Position numbers and translations under genes: made by a program. Below the pieces are notes generated by a model, which made no database searches, was not told the origin of the DNA, and saw only the letters and a program-made list of their open reading frames with translations. Shown here piece after piece: positions 1 to 13,100 of a DNA stretch of 64,000 nt. Source of the DNA: Nemertoderma westbladi (taxonomy: Eukaryota; Animalia; Xenacoelomorpha); contig JAUCBJ010005427.1 of NCBI GenBank assembly GCA_032718475.1, forward strand, positions 1 through 64,000. The letters run 5' to 3'. How positions within the stretch are numbered: the stretch's first letter is position 1; each line of letters begins with the position of its first letter.

Positions 1-2178
1 TATATGGCACCCTACTTTCGAAGATCGTAACTTTTTTTATCAACTTGTCTAGTAGTACACAGAACAAAATTGGGCTGGCCACGGAACCTTGTCTAACCCC
101 GTTTGATAGAGTGAACGAGTCAGAATGCGAATTATTCCACCGCACACAACAGGATTGGTTACAGTAAATCCATAATAAAACACGAAGAAATAAAGCCGAG
201 AAACCTTTCATAATTAGTTCTAGGAATAATTTGCCCCATTCAACCATGTCGAACGCCTTTGACAAATCCAGTAGACATAGACAACCATAGACCGGAGTAG
301 AATGCCGGGAGTAATATCCAACGACCTCAGAGGCCGCCCAAGTACATTGGGTAGTACTGGAACCAGACTGAAACCCAAACTGCAATTCGTCCAATTGCAA
401 CCTTTGTGACTGGGATAGAAGCCAACAATCACGATTAATCAATATATTAATTAATCAATAACGAGGGTAGAGCAATCGCCCTGTAATTATTAGATATATT
501 CTGATTACCCAGTTTGTCTTTAATTAATGGAATAATAACACATGTCAGGATGAACTGCTAAACGAAACCGTGAAATAAGAAAGAGTTGAACAATTTACTA
601 ATATGTGTACAGTAACCGTAATTCAGGAGGACCATTAATCAAACAATCCGAATCGAACCCAAAAGTAACGTCCGATTTTGAACTTTTTAGTCTATGTAAG
701 GCCTCGTCAACCAACTCGGGTGAGATTTTGTGAAAATCGTCTGTTGAACTTCTTAACTTATATTCAATTGTCTGTTTTAATTGTTCAATATTAGAGTCAT
801 ACGGTTGATTGAATAAATCGGAGTAAATACTGGCAAACTTATTGGCTATAGACTGTGGATCGGAACAATCATCGACTGTAGCACTAACAGTACAGGGAAC
901 TGAACGAAGTTTCTTAATTTCTCTAAATATATCTGAGTTAGTTTGCAAACAAGCCTGTATAAGTAATAGTACTTTATCTGCAGACTTCTTCAATCTACGT
1001 ACAGCGTACTTGTACTGTGCTCTAGTAACCCGGCGCATATGAAAGAGATGTTCATTCTGGGAAGCGTTGGGGCTGCCTGCTGATACCCATAAACTGTGCC
1101 AAAATATGGCTTCTTCCTTAAAAGGTTTTACATGATTTGACCAACCTGGCAAAATTGGCCTGTCAGCTGGTACATTGGACTCCCCTGTTTGTTTACAATT
1201 GCCAAAGCAACAACTGGAGCACCCATCAATCGCTTCAATAATTTCCAATGTGTATTTTTCGATATCCAATCTATGGCTAGGATCGGTGCAAAAAATATTA
1301 TCACACAATACTACACCAGGTAAAGGTTCTATATATCATTTAAAGCACCAGTTAGTTTTATACCAAACTCACGCTGCTGCTCACAAGTAGCAAGTTTAGA
1401 ATTGACATTACTATTATTACAGCTACTATTGACATCAGTCGTAATACCAGCTTTCAGATTAGTGACACCAATATTTAACTTTAAGTATATATGACAGTGA
1501 CCTGACAACAGGACTGACTATAGGACAGTGACTGATCTCTGTAACATGTATAGGTAAAATCTATAGGATTTAAATCCCACAATCGATCTAAATTAAATTC
1601 CTGTAAAAATTGGCTTATAACCTGCACGCTGCACATGAGTCGACAAACGTGAAAAATCTGCATTAATGTCTCCAATAAGTAGCACATTGGAACAATCTGT
1701 TGAACTTATTATATTTTTAATATCGTTAATCAATGTCAACAACTCATCCGATACAATATTATTCCTACTATGTACTGGAAAGTAGGAATTGATTATTAAC
1801 AGTGGCCTTGAGTTTTGCAACGTTAGGCTTATCACCTGTAATCTAGGGTTATTAACTTTTACAATAGTTACATTTGGCTAATGTTTTCCTAATAATAAAA
1901 CATAAGCCGCCAGAAGGTCTACCGGAACGTACAACGCCATCAGGGTATGTAGCCGGCTGTATGATACACTGACAGTGAGAAAAAGCACTTTTTATCCTAT
2001 AAATATTATCACGGAAAACAAAATGCTCTTGCATGCAGACAATATCGGATCCCAACATTAACGCATTGATGAAATCAAGTCTATCTGGAGATATACCTGT
2101 ACTATTATAGGATGAGATAGTTAATAAATCAGAATTTAACGGTCCAACGCCGATATTTGGACTGGTATCATTCGCCAT
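1..2178 (-). pseudogene. LINE ORF2 (endonuclease-reverse transcriptase), broken by several frameshifts
   Basis: Track ORFs 1852-2178, 1593-1835 and 598-1308, plus RT motifs read in other frames between 1 and 600, are consecutive pieces of one ORF2. Confidence 0.88.
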
Positions 2179-2226
2179 GGTTGGTTATTGTTTATGAAGC
2201 CACTGGCAGAATAAACTAAAATCTAC

Positions 2227-2902
2227 CTATTTCTTATCTACACCGTAAATCCACCTCCTCACACACACTCCAGGTGGCCACGTAGATGGCTCGAGGGCTT
2301 TTTCCATGTCGCGAGACTTGAGCGTTATTCGAAAGCTCGCTAATATGGAGTCAACGGACGACTTACGCAGTATGGCAGCTTCTCTAACAGTGATCCCGCA
2401 CAATTTCAAGTTCTCAACCGGCTTGATTGCCTTCGTATTACTATCCAATCTGAAGACGAAGATGTCAGTAGGAGCCGCTTTCAAGCCGCCACCTTGGATA
2501 CTCCCTTTGCCAGTTCCTACAACAAACGAAGGAGCTGAGCGACGCGGGGGTTTCCGGTAGCTGACTACTTCGTAGTTATCCTCATCCAGATTTCCTTCCT
2601 CTACATTGGTTCTTCGTCTCTTGACACTTCCATTGCGATTGGGAGTGTTACCTCGACTAGGAGTAGGAGTATCCGCAAAATTACTCAAATGTTCGAAGGG
2701 TTGGCACGCGATCGATTAATATTACCGGGCGAACCATACACTGGCACGGACCTTAGCGATCGTGTAGGCCGCGGGGGATCCGGTCTCGCCCAGGGTGTGG
2801 CGACATTCGGTGGATGAAACTCTGCAGCCCGATTCGGAAGACTGGTAGCAGGGTAGTCAGACGTCCGATTGGATTCGCAGTCTATATTACTAGGGGGAAC
2901 AG
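2227..2902 (-). pseudogene. LINE ORF1 C-terminal part, frameshifted and cut by the (TAAC)n array
   Basis: DIFVFRL...SFRITL...ALEPSTWPPGVCVRRW resembles the RRM-like C-terminus of invertebrate LINE ORF1 proteins. It ends about 50 bp before the ORF2 ATG. Confidence 0.75.
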
Positions 2903-3168
2903 CTAACTAACTTATTCACTAACTTACTAACTAACTAACTAACTTACTAACTAACTATCTAACTATAACTAACTAACTAAGTTATTATCTAACTAACTAA
3001 CTAACTAGTAACTAACTAGTAACTAACTAACTAACTAGTAACTAACTAACTAACTAGTAACTAACTAACTAACTAACTAAGTTACTAACTAACTAGTAAC
3101 TAATTAGTAACTAACTAACTAACTATCTAACTAACTTACTAACTAACTAGTAACTAACTAACTAACTT

Positions 3169-3205
<37 letters not shown>

Positions 3206-3294
3206 GTTACTAACTAACTAGTAACTAACTAACTAACTATCTTACTAACTAACTAACTATCTAACTAACTAACTAGTAACTAACTAACTTACTT

Positions 3295-3337
<43 letters not shown>

Positions 3338-3514
3338 TAATAACTAACTAACTAACTAACTTACTAACTAACTTACTTACTTACTAACTAACTTACTAAC
3401 TAACTAACTAACTAACTTACTAACTAACTAACTTACTTACTAACTAACTAACTAACTTAATAACTAACTAACTAACTTACTAACTAACTTACTTCCTTAC
3501 TAACTAACTAACTT

Positions 3515-3556
<42 letters not shown>

Positions 3557-3588
3557 ACTAACTAACTAAGTTATTAACTAACTAACTT

Positions 3589-3619
<31 letters not shown>

Positions 3620-3746
3620 TAATAACTAACTAACTAACTTACTAACTAACTTACTTACTTACTAACTAACTAACTAGTAACTAACTAACTAAGTTACTAA
3701 CTAACTAGTAACTAACTAACTAACTTACTAACTAACTAACTAACTT

Positions 3747-3781
<35 letters not shown>

Positions 3782-4288
3782 TAATAACTAACTAACTAAC
3801 TTACTAACTAACTTACTTACTTACTAACTAACTAACTAACTAACTAACTTACTAACTAACTTACTTACTTACTAACTAACTAACTTAATAACTAACTAAC
3901 TAACTAACTTACTAACTAACTTACTTCCTTACTAACTAACTAACTTACTAACTAACTAACTAACTAACTTACTAACTAACTAACTAACTAACTAACTATA
4001 ACTAACTAACTAAGTTATTAACTAACTAACTAACTAACTAATTAACTTACTAACTAACTAACTAACTAACTTAATAACTAACTAACTAACTTACTAACTA
4101 ACTTACTTACTTACTAACTAACTTACTTACTAACTAACTAACTAACTTACTAACTAACTTACTTACTTACTAACTAACTAACTAACTAACTTAATAACTA
4201 ACTAACTAACTTACTAACTAACTTACTTCCTTACTAACTAACTAACTTACTAACTAACTAACTAACTATAACTAACTAACTAAGTTAT

Positions 4289-4321
<33 letters not shown>

Positions 4322-4460
4322 TAATAACTAACTAACTAACTTACTAACTAACTAACTTACTTACTTACTAACTAACTTACTTACTAACTAACTAACTAAC
4401 TAACTTACTAACTAACTAACTTACTTACTTACTAACTAACTAACTTACTAACTAACTAAC
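2903..4460. repeat. (TAAC)n/(TTAC)n compound microsatellite, array 1
   Basis: About 1.56 kb of ctaa/ctta units with recurrent variants (tagtaac, tataac, taagttattaac). Confidence 0.98.
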
Positions 4461-4697
4461 ACGCGGTCCTGGAGGTGTCTCGGGTTCGGGGACGGAGCTG
4501 GTCTGCGTGGGTCTGACTTACCAGATAATTACTGATTTGGTGGTGGCATTCTTGCTATTCCTTGGTGGTGCGATTTTTAATTGCTTTTAATTGTTTGTTC
4601 GTTACTTTAATATTGTGTTATCCTGGACCTATTGATTAAATATTTTGCATTAATTAATATTAATGAAGCCCCACTAACTAACTAACTAACTAACTAA

Positions 4698-6180
4698 TGA
4701 CAGTGAGAAAAAGCACTTTTTATCCTATAAATATTATCACGGAAAACAAAATGCTCTTGCATGCAGACAATATCGGATCCCAACATTAACGCATTGATGA
4801 AATCAAGTCTATCTGGAGATATACCTGTACTATTATAGGATGAGATAGTTAATAAATCAGAATTTAACGGTCCAACGCCGATATTTGGACTGGTATCATT
4901 CGCCATGGTTGGTTATTGTTTATGAAGCCACTGGCAGAATAAACTAAAATCTACCTATTTCTTATCTACACCGTAAATCCACCTCCTCACACACACTCCA
5001 GGTGGCCACGTAGATGGCTCGAGGGCTTTTTCCATGTCGCGAGACTTGAGCGTTATTCGAAAGCTCGCTAATCTGGAGTCAACGGACGACTTACGCAGTA
5101 TGGCAGCTTCTCTAACAGTGATCCCGCACAATTTCAAGTTCTCAACCGGCTTGATTGCCTTCGTATTACTATCCAATCTGAAGACGAAGATGTCAGTAGG
5201 AGCCGCTTTCAAGCCGCCACCTTGGATACTCCCTTTGCCAGTTCCTACAACAAACGAAGGAGCTGAGCGACGCGGGGGTTTCCGGTAGCTGACTACTTCG
5301 TAGTTATCCTCATCCAGATTTCCTTCCTCTACATTGGTTCTTCGTCTCTTGACACTTCCATTGCGATTGGGAGTGTTACCTCGACTAGGAGTAGGAGTAT
5401 CCGCAAAATTACTCAAATGTTCGAAGGGTTGGCACGCGATCGATTAATATTACCGGGCGAACCATACACTGGCACGGACCTTAGCGATCGTGTAGGCCGC
5501 GGGGGATCCGGTCTCGCCCAGGGTGTGGCGACATTCGGTGGATGAAACTCTGCAGCCCGATTCGGAAGACTGGTAGCAGGGTAGTCAGACGTCCGATTGG
5601 ATTCGCAGTCTATATTACTAGGGGGAACAGCTAACTAACTTATTCACTAACTTACTAACTAACTAACTAACTTACTAACTAACTATCTAACTATAACTAA
5701 CTAACTAAGTTATTATCTAACTAACTAACTAACTAGTAACTAACTAGTAACTAACTAACTAACTAGTAACTAACTAACTAACTAACTAAGTTACTAACTA
5801 ACTAGTAACTAATTAGTAACTAACTAACTAACTATCTAACTAACTTACTAACTAACTAACTAGTAACTAACTAACTAACTTACTAACTAACTAACTAACT
5901 AACTAACTAAGTTACTAACTAACTAGTAACTAACTAACTAACTAACTTACTAACTAACTAACTATCTAACTAACTAACTTACTAACTAACTAACTAACTT
6001 AATAACTAACTAACTAACTTACTAACTAACTTACTTACTTACTAACTAACTTACTAACTAACTAACTAACTAACTTACTAACTAACTAACTTACTTACTA
6101 ACTAACTAACTAACTAACTAACTTAATAACTAACTAACTAACTTACTAACTAACTTACTTCCTTACTAACTAACTAACTT

Positions 6181-6214
<34 letters not shown>

Positions 6215-6416
6215 ACTAACTAACTAAGTTATTAACTAACTAACTAACTAACTAACTTACTAACTAACTAACTAACTAACTAACTTAATAACTAACTAAC
6301 TAACTTACTAACTAACTTACTTACTTACTAACTAACTAACTAGTAACTAACTAACTAAGTTACTAACTAACTAGTAACTAACTAACTAACTAACTTACTA
6401 ACTAACTAACTAACTT

Positions 6417-6447
<31 letters not shown>

Positions 6448-6504
6448 TAATAACTAACTAACTAACTTACTAACTAACTTACTTACTTACTAACTAACTA
6501 ACTT

Positions 6505-6539
<35 letters not shown>

Positions 6540-6680
6540 TACTAACTAACTTACTTACTTACTAACTAACTAACTTAATAACTAACTAACTAACTAACTA
6601 ACTTACTAACTAACTTACTTCCTTACTAACTAACTAACTTACTAACTAACTAACTAACTATAACTAACTAACTAAGTTAT

Positions 6681-6715
<35 letters not shown>

Positions 6716-6962
6716 TTAACTTACTAACTAACTAACTAACTAACTAACTTAATAACTAACTAACTAACTTACTAACTAACTTACTTACTTACTAACTAAC
6801 TTACTTACTAACTAACTAACTTACTAACTAACTTACTTACTTACTAACTAACTAACTAACTAACTTAATAACTAACTAACTAACTTACTAACTAACTTAC
6901 TTCCTTACTAACTAACTAACTTACTAACTAACTAACTAACTATAACTAACTAACTAAGTTAT

Positions 6963-7011
<49 letters not shown>

Positions 7012-7354
7012 TAATAACTAACTAACTAACTTACTAACTAACTTACTTACTTACTAACTAACTTACTTACTAACTAACTAACTAACTTACTAACTAACTA
7101 ACTTACTTACTTACTAACTAACTAACTTACTAACTAACTAACACGCGGTCCTGGAGGTGTCTCGGGTTCGGGGACGGAGCTGGTCTGCGTGGGTCTGACT
7201 TACCAGATAATTACTGATTTGGTGGTGGCATTCTTGCTATTCCTTGGTGGTGCGATTTTTAATTGCTTTTAATTGTTTGTTCGTTACTTTAATATTGTGT
7301 TATCCTGGACCTATTGATTAAATATTTTGCATTAATTAATATTAATGAAGCCCC
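4698..7354 (-). mobile_element. Near-identical tandem duplicate of the LINE 5' part (copy of 1970-4673), including its microsatellite
   Basis: 4698 onward repeats 1970 onward at offset 2728. The ORF1 copies differ at one residue (SIL vs SRL). Unique block 4461-4673 recurs at 7143-7354. Confidence 0.95.
5631..7142. repeat. (TAAC)n microsatellite, array 2 (duplicate of array 1)
   Basis: Same order of variant units as 2903-4460; 46 bp shorter. Confidence 0.97.
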
Positions 7355-7402
7355 ACTAACTAACTAACTAACTAACTAACTATAACTAACTAACTAAGTT
7401 AT

Positions 7403-7439
<37 letters not shown>

Positions 7440-7478
7440 TAATAACTAACTAACTAACTAACTAACTAACTACCTTAA

Positions 7479-7515
<37 letters not shown>

Positions 7516-7656
7516 TAATAACTAACTAACTAACTTAATAACTAACTTACTTACTTACTAACTAACTTACTTACTAACTAACTAACTAACTAACTAACTT
7601 AATAACTAACTAACTAACTTACTAACTAACTTACTTCCTTACTAACTAACTAACTT

Positions 7657-7690
<34 letters not shown>

Positions 7691-7708
7691 ACTAACTAAC
7701 TAAGTTAT

Positions 7709-7741
<33 letters not shown>

Positions 7742-7838
7742 TAATAACTAACTAACTAACTAACTTACTAACTAACTTACTTACTAACTAACTTACTTAC
7801 TAACTAACTAACTTACTAACTAACTAACTAACTTACTT

Positions 7839-7880
<42 letters not shown>

Positions 7881-7898
7881 ACTAACTAACTAAGTTAT

Positions 7899-7931
<33 letters not shown>

Positions 7932-8704
7932 TAATAACTAACTAACTAACTAACTAACTTAATAACTAACTAACTAACTTACTAACTTACTTACTTACTA
8001 ACTAACTTACTTACTTACTAACTAACTTACTAACTAACTAACTAACTAACTATAACTAACTAACTAAGTTATTAACTAACTAACTAACTAACTAACTAAC
8101 TTAATAACTAACTAACTAACTTACTAACTAACTTACTTACTTACTAACTAACTTACTAACTAACTAACTAACTAACTAACTATAACTAACTAACTAAGTT
8201 ATTAACTAACTAACTAACTAACTAACTTAATAACTAACTAACTAACTTACTAACTAACTTACTTACTTACTAACTAACTAACTTACTAACTAACTAACTA
8301 ACTAACTAACTTACTAACTAACTAACTTACTTACTTACTTACTAACTAACTAACTTACTAACTAACTAACTAACTAACTAACTATAACTAACTAACTAAG
8401 TTATTAACTAACTAACTAACTTACTTACTTACTTACTTACTTACTAACTAACTAACTAACTAACCAACTAAGTTATTAACTAACTAACTAACTTACTTAC
8501 TAACTAACTAACTAACTAACTTACTTACTAACTAACTAACTTACTAACTAACTAACTAACTATAACTAACTAACTAAGTTATTAACTAACTAACTAACTT
8601 AATAACTAACTAACTAACTTACTAACTTACTTACTTACTAACTAACTAACTAACTAACTAACTTACTAACTAACTAACTAACTTACTTACTTACTAACTA
8701 ACTT

Positions 8705-8738
<34 letters not shown>

Positions 8739-8756
8739 ACTAACTAACTAAGTTAT

Positions 8757-8799
<43 letters not shown>

Positions 8800-9046
8800 T
8801 TAACTTAATAACTAACTAACTAACTTACTAACTAACTTACTTACTTACTAACTAACTTACTTACTAACTAACTAACTAACTAACTTACTAACTAACTAAC
8901 TTACTTACTTACTTACTAACTAACTAACTAACTTACTAACTAACTAACTAACTAACTAACTATAACTAACTAACTAAGTTATTAACTATCTAACTAACTA
9001 ACTAACTAACTAACTTACTTACTAACTAACTAACTAACTAAGTTAT

Positions 9047-9083
<37 letters not shown>

Positions 9084-9200
9084 TACTTACTAACTAACTA
9101 ACTAACTAACTTACTAACTAACTAACTATAACTAACTAACTAAGTTATTAACTAACTAACTAACTAACTAACTTACTTACTAACTAACTAACTAACTAAC
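7355..9200. repeat. (TAAC)n microsatellite, array 3, ending 30 nt before a splice acceptor
   Basis: About 1.85 kb of ctaa/ctta units, followed by tatatttattaaaagatttcatttccgcag. Confidence 0.98.
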
Positions 9201-9230
9201 TATATTTATTAAAAGATTTCATTTCCGCAG

Positions 9231-9570
9231 GAAGTCTATGCTTGCGACCATTCAACGCGAACGGGAACAGCTGACGAGCAAAACCCGGCGGTTAATAGAG
9301 GCTGAGATGAAACTGAGAATGGAGTTGGAATCCCAGACAAGCATTGGGTCTCCCCAACAGCACCACATGGGGTCTCCCCAACACCACCACTTGGGTTCCC
9401 CCCAACAGCACCACATGGGCTCCCCCCAACAACACCAGAGTCCTTTCCACTCGCCTCAGCTGTCCCAAACAGCGTTATTTAAACCAGTCCCGCAACATCA
9501 GCAAACTCTCTTACAACCGGTAGTTTCTCTGGGCCATCAACTTACTCCACAGCAGTCTCCAATACAACAG
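9231..9570 (+). CDS. YAP1: YAP/Yorkie-family coactivator, internal exon (coiled coil + Q/H/SP-rich linker)
   Basis: Acceptor tttccgcag at 9230 and donor cag|gttatt at 9571 (phase 0). LATIQREREQL...EMKLRMEL resembles the YAP coiled coil. In frame with the next exon. Confidence 0.8.
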
Positions 9571-9736
9571 GTTATTATATATTTGTTATTGTTTAAACGT
9601 TACCCAGGCTATTTTAGTTAGACTTTATTGGTGTATCAATCGCAACTAAACTGAAACTAAACATAACAAAACAAGGTTACTATCATTTGTTAAAATTAGG
9701 CAAATTTCTAAACATATTTAATGTATTTTTTATCAG

Positions 9737-10027
9737 CTGCAACAGTTTGCTGTGGAACGCATAGACCAACAGGGAATGCAAGGCATAGCGACTAGTAACC
9801 AAGGCAACCAATACAGCGACCAAGCGATGTCCATGACCAACGGCACCGTTCAGTACATGGACCAGGCGTCGTCATCGTTACTGGTGAACAACATTCCGTT
9901 CCACGCTCGACAGGAGTCGGGGGACAGCGGGTTGAGCGTGGGCGGGTACAGATCCGAAGGGGTTCACATCGCCAACGAACCCATGTCTGTGGGCGGAACC
10001 CCCATGGACGTAGAAGTCGACTCACCT
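9737..10027 (+). CDS. YAP1: YAP/Yorkie-family exon with LATS HxRxxS site and beta-TrCP phosphodegron
   Basis: Acceptor ttttttatcag at 9736 and donor cct|gtgagt at 10028 (phase 0). FHARQESGDSGLSVGGY matches vertebrate YAP HSRDESTDSGLSMSSY. Confidence 0.88.
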
Positions 10028-10194
10028 GTGAGTAGCATAGAGCTCTATCGGGTACAGTAATTGGGGTTGAATAATAATAAATCACCCATATATAGCGCGC
10101 GTATCCCAAATATCGGTTCTAAAGCGCTGTTAATGAGTTCGAAACGTTGTCAGATCAGTGGCGGTTCGAGTTTGAAAATGGAGAAAATGGGACG

Positions 10195-13100
10195 TGTTTC
10201 TTAGTTTCTAGAAAGTCGCTAAGTTGCACGCCAACATGTTTCTCAGTTTCTAGAAAGTCGCTAAGTTGCACGCCAACATGTTTCTCAGTTTCTAGAAAGT
10301 CGCTAAGTTGCTCGCCAACATGTTTCTCAGTTTCTAGAAAGTCGCTAAGTTGCACGCCAACATGTTTCTCAGTTTCTAGAAAGTCGCTAAGTTGCACGCC
10401 AACATGTTTCTCAGTTTCTAGAAAGTCGCTAAGTTGCACGCCAACATGTTTCTCAGTTTCTAGAAAGTCGCTAAGTTGCACGCCAACATGTTTCTCAGTT
10501 TCTAGAAAGTCGCTAAGTTGCACGCCAACATGTTTCTCAGTTTCTAGAAAGTCGCTAAGTTGCTCGCCAACATGTTTCTCAGTTTCTAGAAAGTCGCTAA
10601 GTTGCTCGCCAACATGTTTCTCAGTTTCTAGAAAGTCGCTAAGTTGCTCGCCAACATGTTTCTCAGTTTCTAGAAAGTCGCTAAGTTGCTCGCCAACATG
10701 TTTCTCAGTTTCTAGAAAGTCGCTAAGTTGCTCGCCAACATGTTTCTCAGTTTCTAGAAAGTCGCTAAGTTGCACGCCAACATGTTTCTCAGTTTCTAGA
10801 AAGTCGCTAAGTTGCACGCCAACATGTTTCTCAGTTTCTAGAAAGTCGCTAAGTTGCACGCCAACATGTTTCTCAGTTTCTAGAAAGTCGCTAAGTTGCA
10901 CGCCAACATGTTTCTCAGTTTCTAGAAAGTCGCTAAGTTGCTCGCCAACATGTTTCTCAGTTTCTAGAAAGTCGCTAAGTTGCACGCCAACATGTTTCTC
11001 AGTTTCTAGAAAGTCGCTAAGTTGCACGCCAACATGTTTCTCAGTTTCTAGAAAGTCGCTAAGTTGCTCGCCAACATGTTTCTCAGTTTCTAGAAAGTCG
11101 CTAAGTTGCTCGCCAACATGTTTCTCAGTTTCTAGAAAGTCGCTAAGTTGCACGCCAACATGTTTCTCAGTTTCTAGAAAGTCGCTAAGTTGCACGCCAA
11201 CATGTTTCTCAGTTTCTAGAAAGTCGCTAAGTTGCACGCCAACATGTTTCTCAGTTTCTAGAAAGTCGCTAAGTTGCTCGCCAACATGTTTCTCAGTTTC
11301 TAGAAAGTCGCTAAGTTGCACGCCAACATGTTTCTCAGTTTCTAGAAAGTCGCTAAGTTGCACGCCAACATGTTTCTCAGTTTCTAGAAAGTCGCTAAGT
11401 TGCTCGCCAACATGTTTCTCAGTTTCTAGAAAGTCGCTAAGTTGCACGCCAACATGTTTCTCAGTTTCTAGAAAGTCGCTAAGTTGCACGCCAACATGTT
11501 TCTCAGTTTCTAGAAAGTCGCTAAGTTGCACGCCAACATGTTTCTCAGTTTCTAGAAAGTCGCTAAGTTGCACGCCAACATGTTTCTCAGTTTCTAGAAA
11601 GTCGCTAAGTTGCACGCCAACACGTTTCTCAGTTTCTAGAAAGTCGCTAAGTTGCACGCCAACATGCTTCTCAGTTTCTAGAAAGTCGCTAAGTTGCACG
11701 CCAACATGTTTCTCAGTTTCTAGAAAGTCGCTAAGTTGCACGCCAACACGTTTCTCAGTTTCTAGAAAGTCGCTAAGTTGCACGCCAACACGTTTCTCAG
11801 TTTCTAGAAAGTCGCTAAGTTGCACGCCAACATGCTTCTCAGTTTCTAGAAAGTCGCTAAGTTGCACGCCAACATGTTTCTCAGTTTCTAGAAAGTCGCT
11901 AAGTTGCATGCTAACATGTTTCTCAGTTTCTAGAAAGTCGCTAAGTTGCACGCCAACATGTTTCTCAGTTTCTAGAAAGTCGCTAAGTTGCACGCCAACA
12001 TGTTTCTCAGTTTCTAGAAAGTCGCTAAGTTGCACGCCAACATGTTTCTCAGTTTCTAGAAAGTCGCTAAGTTGCACGCCAACATGTTTCTCAGTTTCTA
12101 GAAAGTCGCTAAGTTGCACGCCAACATGTTTCTCAGTTTCTAGAAAGTCGCTAAGTTGCACGCCAACATGTTTCTCAGTTTCTAGAAAGTCGCTAAGTTG
12201 CACGCCAACATGTTTCTCAGTTTCTAGAAAGTCGCTAAGTTGCACGCCAACATGTTTCTCAGTTTCTAGAAAGTCGCTAAGTTGCACGCCAACATGTTTC
12301 TCAGTTTCTAGAAAGTCGCTAAGTTGCTCGCCAACATGTTTCTCAGTTTCTAGAAAGTCGCTAAGTTGCATGCTAACATGTTTCTCAGTTTCTAGAAAGT
12401 CGCTAAGTTGCACGCCAACATGTTTCTCAGTTTCTAGAAAGTCGCTAAGTTGCACGCCAACATGTTTCTCAGTTTCTAGAAAGTCGCTAAGTTGCACGCC
12501 AACATGTTTCTCAGTTTCTAGAAAGTCGCTAAGTTGCACGCCAACATGTTTCTCAGTTTCTAGAAAGTCGCTAAGTTGCACGCCAACATGTTTCTCAGTT
12601 TCTAGAAAGTCGCTAAGTTGCACGCCAACATGTTTCTCAGTTTCTAGAAAGTCGCTAAGTTGCATGCTAACATGTTTCTCAGTTTCTAGAAAGTCGCTAA
12701 GTTGCACGCCAACATGTTTCTCAGTTTCTAGAAAGTCGCTAAGTTGCACGCCAACATGTTTCTCAGTTTCTAGAAAGTCGCTAAGTTGCACGCCAACATG
12801 TTTCTCAGTTTCTAGAAAGTCGCTAAGTTGCATGCTAACATGTTTCTCAGTTTCTAGAAAGTCGCTAAGTTGCACGCCAACATGTTTCTCAGTTTCTAGA
12901 AAGTCGCTAAGTTGCACGCCAACATGTTTCTCAGTTTCTAGAAAGTCGCTAAGTTGCACGCCAACATGTTTCTCAGTTTCTAGAAAGTCGCTAAGTTGCA
13001 CGCCAACATGTTTCTCAGTTTCTAGAAAGTCGCTAAGTTGCACGCCAACATGTTTCTCAGTTTCTAGAAAGTCGCTAAGTTGCACGCCAACATGTTTCTC

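Larger units (their letters stand above)
1..4673 (-). mobile_element. Non-LTR retrotransposon (APE endonuclease + RT LINE; CR1/L2/Proto2-like group), 5' part, frameshifted, antisense in a YAP intron; continues off the left edge
   Basis: Minus-strand fragments give APE motifs (SYNSTG, DIVCMQEH, SGGL, NSYFP, IGDINAD). They also give the linker PGWSNHVKP..AIFWHSLW..RAQYKYAVR and RT motifs (NYRAIAL, LQFGF, LDLSKAFDMV, NGVRQGSVASPILFCVY). An ORF1-like region lies upstream. The probable 5' end is near 4673. Clade not resolved by eye. Confidence 0.9.

Noticed and set aside
2903-9200. True telomere or HeT-A/TART-style retrotransposon telomere array
   Set aside because: The repeat is TTAG rather than TTAGG/TTAGGG, it lies inside a gene intron, and the second LINE copy is a 3'-truncated DNA duplicate.
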